DNA of 64,000 bases, taken from the NCBI RefSeq assembly GCF_006345805.1, contig NC_043020.1:20522001-20586000 (forward strand), written 5' to 3'. Below the pieces are notes generated by a model. The model had not been told where the DNA came from and ran no database searches. It saw nothing but the letters and a program-made list of their open reading frames with translations. This document shows positions 38,438 to 52,750 of the stretch, one piece after another. A program made the position numbers and the translations under genes. Each line of letters begins with the position of its first letter. Position 1 is the stretch's first letter. Source of the DNA: Octopus sinensis (lineage: Eukaryota).

Positions 38438-38803
38438 TGACTGTTTTTTCAAGTAAATTTTAACTCCAAAACCATTGTTAGTAATTTTTGCAGGGACAGT
38501 CAACATATATAAGGAGTATCATCATGGATTCAACTATTCTGATATCTATGGAATGCCATTTCAGTATTGCATACTGCTAGAAGGCTACATGAAACATATA
38601 TGGTGACTAGGGTATCTACACAATTTGTATGGTGTCCTTCCTCTCCACAGCTGTGTTTCATTTTGATGCCATTGATCTTCACTTCTCAAACTCATTGATT
38701 CTGGTGAAGAACATATGTCACCAGACTTTCAATCAAATAGAAAGGCAGAGTTTCCTAGGTATTGACATTCAGCTTTATATACTTCAAGTCATATACATGT
38801 GTT

Positions 38804-38839
<36 letters not shown>

Positions 38840-38846
38840 CATATAT

Positions 38847-38909
<63 letters not shown>

Positions 38910-38914
<5 letters not shown>

Positions 38915-40022
38915 GTACAGGACGTCACCAACTGTGCAAACAATATGAAATCATCATCATTTAGCGTCCGCTTTCCATGCTAGCATGGGTTGCTTGGTTC
39001 AACTGGGGTCTGGGAAGCCAGAACGCTGCACCAGGCCCAGTCTGATCTGGCAATGTTTCTACGGCTGGATGCCCTTCCTAACGTCAACCACTCTGTTAGT
39101 GTAGTGGGTGCTTTTTACGTGCCACACGAGGCTGGCAACAGCCACGATCGGATGGTGCATTTTATGTGCCACCGGCACAGAGGCCAGTCGGGGCAGCGCT
39201 GGCAACGGCCACATTTGGATTGTTCTCTTACATGCCACTGGTGCTGGTATCACAACTACAAGTTCCATTGATGTTGATCGATTTTGATTTTGATTCTCAC
39301 TTGCCTCAACAGGTCTTCACAAGTAGAGTTTTGAGTCCCAAATAGAAAAGGTATACATAAGTGGACCAGCCACATCCCAGGCAGAGGCCACGGGTTATGG
39401 TCTCACTTGTCCTGCCAGGTTTTATGTAAAACAGGACAAGTAAACACAGAGAAAGGATCCTTCACCAGTTGTTGGCTGTCTATCTACTCCTCATTTCAAG
39501 CATTCAATGACCATATCAGTCTTCAAAGACAGTTGCTTCCATGAATTCTAAAATAAAATTTAGTATTTGTGGAGGGTCAAAGTTGGGAACAGAAACAGAA
39601 CAGTGGAGATATACAAGGAAACCAAACGAAAACATGGAGGGTCGTTAAACCAGAACAAGAGGAAAATAGTGAATATGGGGGAATTATTTTCTTTGGAAAG
39701 AGAAAAGATAGAAGAGAGAGAAAAAATGTCCAGTGTTTTGAATGTCCATGCAGGAAAAGAAAAATGGACGATGGTCATGTGTGAGCAATGAGAGAGAGAG
39801 AAAAAGAGAAAGAGGAGGAGACAGACAGATAGAAAACGGTGAAAGAGGGAGGGGTGAAAAAGGGAAATGAGGAGTAGATAGACAACCAACAACTTATGAA
39901 GAGTCCTTTCTCTGAGTTTGCTTGTCCTGTTTCCCATTTTTTTCCTCTTGTTGTTTATGTATTTAACTTGTTTGTTTACATATTTCATGTTGTTTGCACT
40001 GTTGGTGACGTCCTGTACCCAT
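38910..40022 (-). mobile_element. Non-coding PLE-like remnant with inverted tail, interrupted by an RTE 3' fragment
   Basis: 38910-38950 and 39430-39497 are inverted relative to 39981-40022 and 39864-39930; hammerhead-like fold at 39476-39532 (-). Confidence 0.5.
38942..39420 (-). mobile_element. RTE 3'-UTR fragment
   Basis: Homologous to 27585-28140 (CATTTAGCGTCCGCTTTCCATGCTAGCATGGG...GGTTATGGTCTCACTT). Confidence 0.85.
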
Positions 40023-40024
40023 AT

Positions 40025-40260
40025 TCATGTAAGAGTCCAATGGTCCCTATCTGAAAGTCTTGGCTTTTTTCCGGAGTTTTGTTTCAATGAGGAGGTTTTT
40101 CCCTCTTTCTCAAAGGCTGTCATTACATTCAAGACAGTACTTCTTGATACACCAAACATTTCAACTGTTTTCATTATGCCAGTGCCAGCCATATGAGTAC
40201 CAACAATTTGACCTCTTTGAAAGTCCGATAGATCTGTCATTTTAATGACCTTTTTCTGAT
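40025..40260 (-). mobile_element. Tc1-type transposase N-terminal fragment
   Basis: MTDLSDFQRGQIVGTHMAG..IMKTVEMFGVSRSTV..VMTAFEKEGKTSS.KQNSGKKPRLSDRD (paired-like HTH). Confidence 0.85.
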
Positions 40261-40425
40261 AATATCTGAAGAGAAACAGCAATTTTAGCAAAATATATTA
40301 AGCAACACTAATTATAAATAAAAAAAACATAAAAATAAACAAGCTTTTGATGGTTTTATAGATATTTCAAAATTATGATGGTACTAGCAAAGCACCCACC
40401 CCCCCGTCCAATGGACAGTTTGTAC

Positions 40426-41043
40426 AGGTGAAGTGGGTTAACTTGGATGATGTTAAGTAGCAGAGATGTTTGGTGGTTGTATGAGGTTGTTACTTTTGGT
40501 TAGAGTGAATGCGATCTTTTGATGAAAGAAGCATTTGTTATTTTACTTATTTGGCAGTGCACTGTGAATGGACTACTAAAAGTTAAGGGTGTTTCAATGA
40601 CATAACTCAAAATAAAAGACTTGGAATGAAACATGTCAGCAATTTAGAAGCAGTAAAATTATTGTTTAGAAGTGACTGAATTGTGATTTTTAAAAAAAAC
40701 TGATCTAATAATGTTGATCAGTTCAGCTTGTTCAATGAAGGAATACCGAACATTGGTTGATTAATTTTATGTAGCTGTAAAACCTTATGGAGAATGTATT
40801 ACAAAAAATCCGACAATTCTGCCTATTATGTAGTTTTAATGAGAAACTGTAACTAAAGATTAAGATTGTTAACCCCAAAATTTTACGCGTTTTAATAGCA
40901 ATAAATTTTTTCTCTTTTTTGCTTAATTAAAATAGTTGCCTTTTCCTCATAGTTTTCATGTTAGCTGTAAAGGTGAAGAGGGTTAACTTGAATGGTGTTA
41001 AGTAGTGGAGATGTTTGGTGATTGTATGTGGTGGTTACTTTTG
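40426..41043. repeat. 73-bp direct repeat pair (8 mismatches)
   Basis: 40426-40498 vs 40971-41043. Confidence 0.85.
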
Positions 41044-41399
41044 ACTGTTTCTTCTCAATACGGATAATTGATTGATAACAAATCTTAACACAATATATAT
41101 ACAACTTCAAGTGGAATTGGACATCATAAATAACCTTAAACTCTTTGCACTCAAGCATACCTCATGTTGACACCTGTAAGCCAGACTGAATGTAGTTTTA
41201 TCTCCAAAGTGAATATTGCAAGTGAAATTTAAACAATTAACAGTTCTTTGGCTTTCGTATTTGAGGACTGTTGCTTTAAGTATTTTATTTCGATTTTCTC
41301 TGACGTAGTGGTAAGAACGACAGGATACATAACAGTAGCTTCAAATAAAAATAAAAATGGAAGTTTTAATCATCTGATGGACAGGCAAACATTACAAAA

Positions 41400-41545
41400 A
41401 TAGCGATTCTCACTTTGAAACTGACAATTTTGAAAATCTTTTTAGATTATGGAATGCCCAGCTCTCTCATGTATCCATGTTTAAAATTTCAGTGCAATCG
41501 GATGAACAATACTTGAGTTATTAGCGCACAAACAGACAGACAGAA
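41400..41545 (-). mobile_element. Possible Helitron-like non-autonomous element 5' end
   Basis: Minus strand A|TCTAATATATAAATCCCGTTCTGTCTGTCTG start resembles Lep1/DINE-like Helitron heads; extent unknown. Confidence 0.35.
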
Positions 41546-43663
41546 CGGGATTTATATATTAGATGATGCTAGGTGTTTCCATTATTTTGTTCAACCCCAA
41601 TATATTTAAATATATATGTGTGTGTGTGTATCTACATATACATACATAAGATATACCTACATATATATGTATGTATATACATACAAACACACATTACATA
41701 AGTACATGTGTGTGTATATACACACATGGAGAGATACATATATAGATATGTTGTAAAATGTTTCTATTTCAAGAAACACACTTTACTGCAGAGTACTCAA
41801 TACATTTATAATGAGCAAAAGCATTTTCTTTTATTAAAATAATAGTATAGAGGACTAGTTTTGTTTCTGCCTTTTACAGAATAGGTCTTTTTCTGCTCAA
41901 CCTTCTTTGAATAAACTTTACTCAAATCACATCTTAAAAAAGGAAGGAGAGACTAGATTATGTAATCCTACATACCTCTAAATAAAAAAAAGAATGGTCT
42001 GAATTTGGAATGCTTTTCAGCATAGATCTATTCAACCAGGTTGAACCTGCAGCAAAATTATGACAATAACACAGGCACTACAATACTAATATACTGGTAT
42101 GCTATAAGAAATAATCACACTGACATCAAGTAGCTGAGGGCCCTAATAATGGATCAAGTATGAAATAATATAATAAAATTAGTGTAGCATCACAACCAAA
42201 AACACCAACTTTAAAATGGATTGTCATATCTAATTGCTATGAAATAACTAGCACATGCACAAGAGTGATAAAGATTGCATGTAGAGACACATGCACACAC
42301 TTACATGTGCACACAGAACAGAGAAGATGAGAGCAGGGAGCACAAACCAGATAAAGCAGCAACATAAAAGAAATTGACAGCGTGTCAAGCAAAAAAAAAA
42401 TTAAAAAAACAAAAAAAATCATAAAATAAAAAGTAAAAAAAAACAGAAATAGATTATCCTGCAAGTGAATGGAAACAATTCTATGGACAGAATGAACAGC
42501 AATGTTTAAAGAGAGATAAGATGTTTGTAGCAAGAAACCACACAACTGTAGCAAGGTGTTGTTGAGATATCAGCAGGTTCCATGCGATATCATTTTAATT
42601 TTAAAGCATAGCAGACCCTATGCAACAGGCAATGTTTTCAACAGATATGCTATAAAAGATTTAATATGAAGGTTAACTTGTCGACAATAATTCAATTATT
42701 ATTATTATTATTGTTGTTGTTGTTATTATTGGGTGTCAATTTGGCAGGATCATTAGACCATCAGACAAAATTAAGTATTCAAACATGTACAAGATCAATT
42801 TAATCAACTTTATTTTCTGCCAGTATCTATGTTAGAAGCCATTACTATCATCATCATCAATTATTACCTCTTTATGAATGCCCTCACTGATTTTTTTGTT
42901 TTTTGTTAGTAGTTTTCCTATGTGCTTCACCTTTGTACAATCCCCAACATCTTGGGATTGATGCGACCAATACTCATCATCATTATCATCTTCTTTCATG
43001 TTACAATTAATGTTTTATTTCCTTTGTAACTGTCATTCACACACACACACACACACACATACTGTATAAAGAAATTCCTACCTAGGTACAAGGCATGTTG
43101 TGCTGTTGTTTATAAATGGATGCTCCTTTAACCATTCCTCGTTGCTATTTTTATGGGAATATTTCTCCATCAAGCTCCACCTGTATATATTTTTACTTTT
43201 GGCTACACTCTGGTTGTAAAGAATCAATAAAGAAAACCTTAGACAGTTGAGGTTGATTCTGCAGCTAAAACTTACAGAGTGACAAGAACACAAAAAGTTT
43301 GCTTTGCAACCATGTGATTCTGATATTAATTTTGTTGTACAGTACCATAGTTAAAGTAACTTCTACAATATCTTCAAGTTGACCAATGGTTTGTGAGTAA
43401 GATTTCAGAAATCGAAACTGTGTGGAGCCAGTCATACATGTGTGTAATATGTAAGTCGGCATAAATCAGAATTAATTCCATTAAGTGTTTAATCTTTTAG
43501 CAGAGGTACTACCATAAATCATATAAATTCAGTCACTGAAAAATCAAGATTGTTTATCTTCTATTATAATTCCATAAAATACAGACTAAGCACCAAAGAC
43601 AGTGTCCAACTATGGCCATAATTCACTGACTGAAACCAGTAAAAGAATAGATAGGAGAACATA

Positions 43664-44607
43664 CAGGGTGCAAGATGTATTCGAGGACATATTTAGTAAT
43701 TTTATAAAACAACCTAATCCAGCAAAAATCAAATGTGTCTTGATTAAAATTTGTGCAGATGTTTGCAATAAGCTTTCTTATAAGATTATTCTATGAATCC
43801 ACCTTCTGCTTCAATGACTGTTTCAATGTGGGACCTGAATTGTTGACATGCCTGCACTAAATGATCCTTATTTATTTTAGACATCATCTGAACAATGATG
43901 GCCTTCAGTGAAGCTATGGTGTTGTGAAGATGTCAATGAGTCTTCCTTTCAACAAACACTCCAAATGTTGCAATCCATGAGATTTTAAAATATTGTAAGT
44001 TTAGAAGGCAACAAATTTAGTGTTACATGATTGAAAAGACTGTCTGGTATCCATTCTTGAGTTACATGGGTTCTGAGAGAAGGTACTGAGTTTTGTCGAA
44101 ACACATATGGTCTTCTACAGCACACTTCATTCAACAAGGGCATAACAGCTGTCTCCAGCACATTAATGTGTTCAGTAGTATTAATCCTAAGATCTTGTGG
44201 GAAAATGTACGGTGGCATGACATGGCCTTTGTTATTTACCATTCCCAAACAATTCCAGTTGCTGGAAACTTAGTGTGTGTTATACTGGGGTCATCAGAAT
44301 GTTCTGCACATAACCATGTATCATTTCCCTGTTAGATGTTTGGTCTTGGTGGAAATTTTTCTTATCAGAAAAGAACCAAAGTATGCCGTGACCATGAGAT
44401 GTTTTAGCACAAACTAAACAATTTACCCAAGTCTTTGCTGACACATACTGTCATCTCCTCAGCACATAAAACTTGTATTGAATGCCCTTATGCACCACAG
44501 TTCTGACAGTCCACTCCAACAGCTGACGTTCTTCAGCAATGACCCTCATTGACTTTTCTGTTGGATGGATTGTATTGTCCATATAGTGTCCAAACAATGT
44601 TTAGAAT
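43664..44607 (-). mobile_element. maT/DD37D-like transposon relic
   Basis: GHVMPPYIFPQDLRINT..HINVLETAVMP....CCRRPYVFRQNSVPS; TA-CAGGGTG terminus at 43662-43670; other end cut by a SINE. Confidence 0.75.
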
Positions 44608-44812
44608 ACTCTTACTCTTTTACTTGTTTCAGTATTTGACTGGCCATGCTGGAGCACCGCCTTTAGTCGAGCAAATCGACCCCAGGACTTATTCTTTGTA
44701 AGCCTAGTACTTATTCTGTCAGTCTCTTTTGCCGAACTGCTAAGTTATGGGGACGTAAACACACCACCATCGGTTGTCAGGCGATGTTGGGGGGACTAAC
44801 ACAGACACACAA

Positions 44813-44881
<69 letters not shown>

Positions 44882-45052
44882 CATATACACGACGGGCTTC
44901 TTTCAGTTTCCGTCTACCAAATCCACTCACAAGACTTTGGTCGGCCCGAGGCTATAGTAAAAGACACTTGCCCAAGGTGCTATGCAGTGGGACTGAACCC
45001 AGAACTATGTGGTTCGTAAGCAAGCTACTTACCACAGAGCCACCCCCACGCC
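44608..45052 (-). mobile_element. Well-preserved octopus-type tRNA-derived SINE with internal (TA/CA)n
   Basis: Minus head GGCGTGGGGGTGGCTCTGTGGTAAGTAGCTTGC...GGGTTCAGTCCCAC (A/B-box); near-identical copy at 63177-63551. Confidence 0.9.
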
Positions 45053-45766
45053 TTTCTCTTGTTGATACAGTTCAAATATTCCCATTAGAGGCTTGCAATT
45101 GCATCCAAACTACAAAAGATCTTGCAACATTTAGAAAGTTGGCAATTTCTAAATTGCTATATTCCACACATATGGTGATAATGACTACACAGCATTTCAT
45201 TGTAAATTAAATTATATAATGAAATGTAAACAATATTCTCAGAAAAGGATTCCTATTTTGTATTATATAAATACAAACGTACAATAATTCTTACAATCAA
45301 TATAACAACAACGAAGAAACCTCTTCAGGGATTATTTAACCTGTAAAAAACAGCAACCAAATCTTAAAAATAAAAGGAAGTATGCATTTGATAGTTGATT
45401 CTGGATGTGCACGGCCTGAAAAAAGACAGGATAGTTGTAGAGAGTAACAGAAACAACCAACTCAGTTACATCTATCATATACAACAGAATGCTTTGTAAT
45501 TCCTGTACAAAGCCAGAGCATAGGCATAAGTAAAAATAAAAACATAAGAGATTTTAACTGTAGGCTGTGTTTAATGAGGCTGTCCAGTTTTTGTCAAACC
45601 CAAAACATCATAAACTGGCTGGCATTAAGAAATGCATCAAGTTAAGAAACCATGTCAAAGCAGACATTGGAGTATGATAAACTCCTTGGACATATCAGAA
45701 TTTGTCAAACCATCCAACCAAGGCCAGTATGGAACATGGAATGTTAAATAATCAAATATGTGTGTA

Positions 45767-45811
<45 letters not shown>

Positions 45812-45812
45812 G

Positions 45813-47072
45813 CAGGATCTTACAGATAAATCGAGACCAATTTTAAGCAGCTGATTTAGTGGGTTTAACATTTCATTTTTTGACAAAACCTTGCTTGCTT
45901 GGAAATCTAATCCACTTATTTATTTTTCAGGTAAATAGCAAACTGGTTCAACAACAGAAAGTCATGGAACAATAGAATCGTTCCATCATTGTTGTTTTGG
46001 TGTGCGCCGGGCACACTGCCAATAAAATTGTCAAGTTGATGAAACTTCCAAAAGCAACAGTTTATCATTGTATAAACAATATAAAGAAGAGGGAAAGACT
46101 GACAGAAAAGAACACGAGACTCTAGGTGATTCCAAGTGCAATCCAAAGTTTCTCACTAACCTCAAACACTCAACTGAACCCATCCACATCCATGACAACA
46201 CTTGCAAAGAAATGCAATGTGTACCTTTCCAAAGTGTCCAGAGTTGTGAACAGAAACTATATGACAAGCTATATTTGACGATGCCGTCACCTTCTAACAA
46301 CCAAGGCCAAAGCAATCAGAGCCGAGGATATGCCCAAATCTTCTGTTATTCATCAAGCATCAAGGTGTAGGAAAAACTCTTGTGTTTGTGGATGAGAAGA
46401 AGTTCACTGTGGACGCTGAAGTGAAGCACAGAAATTCTCAAGTAATTGCATACAACCGTTCTGACATCCCCTCTGTGTTTGAGACTAAGAATCCTGCCTC
46501 TCGGATGGTATTTGGAGCCGTGATGAGTGATGGAAGTGTCATGGATCCACACTTCATTGAGTCTGGCTTGAGGATTGGCACAAAGGAGTATCTGGACATC
46601 CTGAAGAACTTCTGTTACTTTGGATGGAGCAGAAGTTTGGGCTTGACAATGCAGTGCTTGTTCTGGATTCTGCACTATGCCATGGTTCAAAAGCAACATA
46701 AGCCTTCTTTGGTGAGAAGGTGCCATTTTTTGTAAAGCCAACATCTAGCCCAGTAATAACTCAGATCTCAATCTTCTTGATTACTTTTTATGGAGCGTAC
46801 TTCAAGCAAGAACCAATGCTTCACCACACTCAAGTGTCAACAGTTTGAAGACCTGCATCGTGCATGTGACATGCAAAAACAAAAGGGCAGAGGTTGCAGC
46901 AGCTGCAAAACAATTTTATTTTTGTGTGGAGGCAGTAATTGCCTAAAAGGGTGGCCATATTGAGTGATGTTTTTGTTGTAATAAATGTTGCATTAAAATT
47001 ATATCTGTCTACTGCCATTATTTTAGTATTTATGCATTGTAAAAATTGTCTCAATTTATCTGCAAGACCCTG
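45813..47072 (+). mobile_element. maT-like transposon, full-length pseudogene with 25-bp TIRs
   Basis: CAGGATCTTACAGATAAATCGAGAC / GTCTCAATTTATCTGCAAGACCCTG-TA; FVDEKKFTVD...KNPASRMVFGAVMSDG...PHFIESGLRIGTKEYLDIL. Confidence 0.88.
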
Positions 47073-49734
47073 TATAGATAGACAGACACACACACACACA
47101 GATAAGAGAGAGAGAGAGAGATGACTAAGAAGGCTGTTTGTAGTAGTTACACACCACATCAACTCCAATATAGCAGATATATGATCAAAGACATACAAGC
47201 TATGACTATCTTGGTCTTTTACAGGCTGTGCACATCCACTATCATGTTATTAAATATTTTTCAAACAATCACAGTGAGGCTTCTTCCTTTGTTTGTAACT
47301 GTATAGGTTGATTTAGTATAAATATACTGATTTCATATTCAATGTCCAAGCAGCAACACCACTTTCTATCTTATTCCTTTTTGGATGAAATGAAAGGACT
47401 CCAAACTTAAGATTCTTTACTTGTCATGGGAAACTGATCTTACGAAAATCTATCAACTTTCCTGTTGACTAAATTTTTGCTAACACCAACCGCAATCAGT
47501 TTCCTTGTATTTGGGATTTTATCCTCATTTCAATGCCAGACTGGTGGTTGGTAGGAAGAAACTTTGTTTAGAATGCCAAACCCTATTTGGCATTATTTTT
47601 GCGATATTTTTTACTGGATTTATTTTGATATTGAATATTCTCACAACAGTACGATGATCTAAAAACTAAATCAAATATCGCCCTTCATAATAGCTCCTGC
47701 CCTCTCGCCTTTCTCTATTTTGTTCTCTCTCTCTTTTTTTAATATTTTGACAGCTAACCAGAGGAAGACAGAGACAAGTGCTGTTATAAAGATAAATAGC
47801 AAAAGGGACAAAGGATGAGAGAGAGAGAGACAGACAGACAGACAGAGAGGTGGGGGAGATGAAGTAGATGAATTGCATCAGTTTGTAACTGCTGTAGCTT
47901 AGAGGGTATGGAAGGGATTGTGATTGACATAAAGGAGATCAAAGCAGCCATTTTTCTTTGAGGTTTCTGTCATACAACACAGAAAAATCTACTATAATGA
48001 CAAAAATATACAATTCACTTAAGTCTATAAATCAATTCTAAGAATAGTGCTGCCAAGTTGGCTATCATGATAAAAAAAACATGTTACTCTACTGTTACTA
48101 GAGTTGTCAAAACTGATTTTCCAACTGACATATTTTCAATATATCTCTAGCAAGCAGAGTAAAAAAATTTTTTTTAAAAAGTGATAGGATAATTTGGCAT
48201 ATCTTGGCATATTCTTAAGAGACATTCGACACAGAATCAATCTGGCAAACCATTGTCTTTGGTCACTGCTATATACTGTCATGTTGTCTTCATCACTTAC
48301 ATAATCATTATCACATACAGAGTGTGCTCATCAGAACATGCAAGCTATGCTGCAATCAATCTGTTACACCTGTTACACACACACACACACATACAGCGAG
48401 CCATGTATTCCTCTCTCACTTTTCCGTGTGTGTGTGCGTGTGTATTTATTTAAAAATCCATGAGTCAGAAAAAAGAGATACTCATATATTAGGTAAGAGA
48501 GTGGATATATCCTCATTGTTTAAATTACAGTCCCATAAAAGCCAAATTACCAATGGTCTTCATATCAGAGGTGGAGAGCCAAACCAGCAATCATCAGAAA
48601 TGGCTGAAAGGAATAATATGGCATGGTCTTTTTATCGATGGTGGAGGGTTAAGAGTATAACATCTGGTTTGTGGGTTTTGGGCTGTTGCAAAAAAAAAAA
48701 ATCAAGATCTCTTCTATTCATCATAGTCCTATGGATCATCACAAAAATTTGAGACCAGATATCTGTGAGAACCCCTAAATGTTGATGATTTAATTCTTAT
48801 AGCTAAATCTATTGTGGGATTAGAGAAGAAATTTCAGACATGGAAGCTAAACCTAAAATTACAAAGGCCTCGAAGTAAACTTAGCAAAGATAAGGTGTTA
48901 AGAAGGCTAAGGTCCCCAGTATTCTCGGGGAGATGGCCTTGCTAACCTTGGCAGAGGTCATCATACCCCTCCAAGATGAAAATGGACAAAACACAGACAA
49001 CTTGTTTGTGAAAGACCAAATATCGGATTACAAATTATAAACAAGACCCAAATAACCAAATCCATTCATAACAATAAAGGTCTGGATGCCTTAATACAGA
49101 TTATACAGACAATACACACAATACACACATACATGCATGCATGCACAATATGTGTTCTATAATAAGATGCTTTTCAACCAACTTCCAAACTTTAGAGCCA
49201 TTAGAAAAAAATGACACAAGTTACACAAAATGTTGCATACCTGTGACATTTTGAAATTTCAGTAGAGCATATACAGCCAACATGAACACTGCAATCAGCA
49301 TTTTACAATCAATCAATATTTATAATTTTTTTAAATGTTTTAAATAACTTTTTTCATCCCCCATATCGAGACACACATATGCATGTACAGAAACACGTGC
49401 ATATTACAACCACTCAACCTTATGAACACGGTTATATAAAGCTTCAATTTTAAATTTAATTTTGTTTCTCTACCATTTAACCTTGATCCTTTGTCATTTA
49501 TCAATCTCTCAGATATAATTACATTAATTTCATAAATTTATAATCATTGTTATTATACTTACTTCCCTATGGAATTTTACAATGCATAATTGTGACAAAA
49601 ATAGAAGTGTACCAAGGCGAATGCATGCCATCTATATCAATTCATAATTTCACTGGAAGTTGTACAACTGACATGAAAACTTGAACAAGCAATTTACTAT
49701 TTATTACTTGATGTTACTAATAATAATAATAATA

Positions 49735-50206
49735 GTAGTTTCAAATTTTGGCACAAGGCTAGTAGTTTTAGAGGGTAGGGACAGTGATCCCATTACTTGA
49801 CTGGTATTTAATTTTCTTGACCCCCTAAAGGATGGAAGGCAAAGTTGACCTCAGTGGCATTGAAGCATAGAGTATGAAGAGGTAAAGAAATACAACTAAG
49901 CATTTTGTCCAACATGCAAATGATTTTGCCAGCTGAAACTTGGATGAAGCTTGTATAAACTAAAGCAAACTCAGAAAATAATAATAATAATCCTTTCTAC
50001 TAAAGGCACAAGGCCTGAAATTTTGCAGAGGAGACTAGCTGATTACATCAACTACAGTGTTTCACTGGTACTTAATTTATTGACCCCCAAAAGGATAAAA
50101 GACAAAGTTGACCTTGGCAGAATTTGAACTCAGAAAATAGCGATGGATGGAATACCACTAAGCATTCCATCCACTGTGCTAACAATTCTGCCAGCTCGCT
50201 GCCTTC

Positions 50207-50215
<9 letters not shown>
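49735..50215 (-). mobile_element. Two tandem degenerate SINE copies with (TAA)n tails
   Basis: GGCACAAGG...ACTGGTA.TTAATTT..TTGACCCC..AAGGAT.AAAG.CAAAGTTGACC repeated; reverse of the 4601 family. Confidence 0.7.
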
Positions 50216-50244
<29 letters not shown>

Positions 50245-50251
50245 TATGATA

Positions 50252-50685
50252 TGCTCAATACCGTAAATTTGCTTGTCAGGTGTTTGACTTTAACCAGTTG
50301 AACACATCCTTTAGTGGCTGACAATATGTGCATCTCTGATCATGAGCAGAAGGAGTGGAGAAGCATCATAGTCATGTGTTGAGAGGAATTCTTTGGAGTT
50401 TGAATAATTCACCTCTGGAAACATGGGTGTTTCGTTCAAACATCCTTAAACAACTCTTATTCAAGGACCTGTGGAGTGAGATGGGCTACTTAACCTGAAG
50501 AAAATTCTAACTAGGCCCCACCTGTGAGGTCATGCACTGTTTATCTTGATATAAGATCACCATGTCACGCACATATGGTTATGATGCATGTTCCTGGTGT
50601 ATCCTTATCAGACAGGTAGTCATGATGGGTATACTGGGCTTCATATATTCTACCCTGGTTTCACTTCGATGGCATGCACTCAGTA
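50252..50685 (+). mobile_element. Second copy of the TAA-tailed 540-bp element (truncated)
   Basis: Reverse-complement similarity to 21213-21660. Confidence 0.75.
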
Positions 50686-50864
50686 ATAATAATAATCCTT
50701 TCTATTATAGGCACAAGGTTTGAAATTTTGGGAAGGAGGATAGTCGATTCACATATACTCACTCCACCACACACAAAGCTGAAGGTTCCCTTCATTGCTC
50801 AGCATGAAAGAAATGAATAAAGTCTGCTGTATGTATTGAGTGCTTTTCCACTCATCAGTAATGT

Positions 50865-50911
<47 letters not shown>

Positions 50912-52049
50912 CACGCGTGCATGCATGCATGTGTGCATGTGTGTGTAGATTTACTCATCTTTTAAATAATTTTCTGAAGATTAATGACCAGAAACTCAGA
51001 ATTGGTGAAGTTTCTACTTTCATCAATAAATTTTAAAAGTGAACATGTGTGTGTATGTATATATGTGTATGAGTAGAGAGAGAGAGAGAGAGAGAGAGAG
51101 ACACACACACACACACAAATAAAACAGTCAGGCTCAAGTCTAGAGGTTATGATAAGACTAGAACCTGTCCAAATTGGTGAGGCAATAAAATTCCCTTGCC
51201 CCTGAATAGGTTCCAGTCTGTTACGGGATTAACACTTATCAGCAGCAGCTGGTACTCATTTTCAGCTGAGTTGATTGGAGCAACATGCCCTGTTCAAAGC
51301 CACAATTTACTGTCCAATTCAAGAATCAAACCTGATGGTTATGATCTAATTCCTTAACCATTAGACCACATGCCTTTATGAGACAAACAGAAGGCAGAAA
51401 AAATAATCATCAAATTAGAAAATAATATGAAAACTGTAAAAGAACTTTACTGTAGCAAGAAGGTGGAGTGCAAAAATGTTGTCTTAAATAGAAATAAAAA
51501 AAGGAAACTGAGATTATACTATCTTCTTAATTCCATCTTGAATATGAGAGATAGACTTGGGATATGTATGTATATTTTTTTGTGAATGTATACATATGCA
51601 AGCACACACATGTATGTGTTTGTGTACACACTGATCACCCACTCTCTCCTATGGTTGTAAAAGTAAATAAACAATTAGTATATTTGTAAATGTTAACACT
51701 GCTCTTTTATCACCACCACCGCCATTACTACCAACAACAATATGCTATTCTTAGCTAAAACCTAAAGAACTGCTTGCTGTTGGTTAGTCATCTTAACAAA
51801 AATAGCACTTACACACAGACACACACAAACACACACAAAAACATATATATACACACAACTTTATTCATTCTTCTTTAAACAAAAAGGGGGAGCACTTTAT
51901 CTTATCTCTTTAATGGGTAGCTGGAAGGGCTACAGGGAGATTAAAAAGGATGAAGATGAGAGGATTTTCCTTTCACATAGATGATGTTGATGATGATGAT
52001 GTGTTGTGAAAAGAATTATATCAATATTCATAAAGAAAAACTGTAGAAC

Positions 52050-52750
52050 AAGTTTCATATGCTTCACTGTTCCACTGTATATCTTTCTACATGTTAAGCA
52101 TAGTCACTTCCCTAATGTAGCAAGATGCTGCTTGGTCTTTCTAATCCTCGTTATTTGTTAGTACTTTGGTCCTTACTTTGTCAATCTTTACATTTTTCAC
52201 ACGAGCCTACTTTATAAGTTTCAAACTTCTCTTGCAATTTTATTTCTGAACAAAGTCTGCGATAAAAACCAAATCACTATCAGCATACAAAAGCTCCCGA
52301 GGACAGTCTTCATCTTCTGTGATTTTCATAAGCTCTACTGTAAAGAGGTTGGAGATAGAGCCTTGGTAAATACCTGCTAATGTATTAAAAATCTATCACT
52401 CATGTTTTGTTTTTTTTTTAATTTGCCTCATGCATGCTCTGAACAACTCCCCACGAAGTAAAGGACTTCTCTGAACTCCCACCAAGTAAAGTATCACAGA
52501 TTCCTTATTCTAGTATGAACCCAAACTACAATTATACCAATTATTCAACTGTCTTTCTATCTTCTAACCTTTACCCACTTCTCAAATTTACCAGTATTCT
52601 TCATTACCTCCCCTCTTTGATTCCAAGTGTTACCTTGTAATCTCCCTCTTCTATAATCTCCTGTAGTCTTATTCTCTATTATTTTCCTCTCTCTCTTTGT
52701 TTCTGTCAGTCTCTCTCGATTTAGTGATTTCATACCATTAGTATACACTA
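52050..52750 (-). mobile_element. Decayed RTE RT fragment
   Basis: GIYQGSISNL and CPRELLYADSDLVF (PWELLYADD-like). Confidence 0.55.

Noticed and set aside
48324-48752. 142-aa plus ORF
   Set aside because: Includes CA/GT repeat read-through and an A-run; no domain recognised
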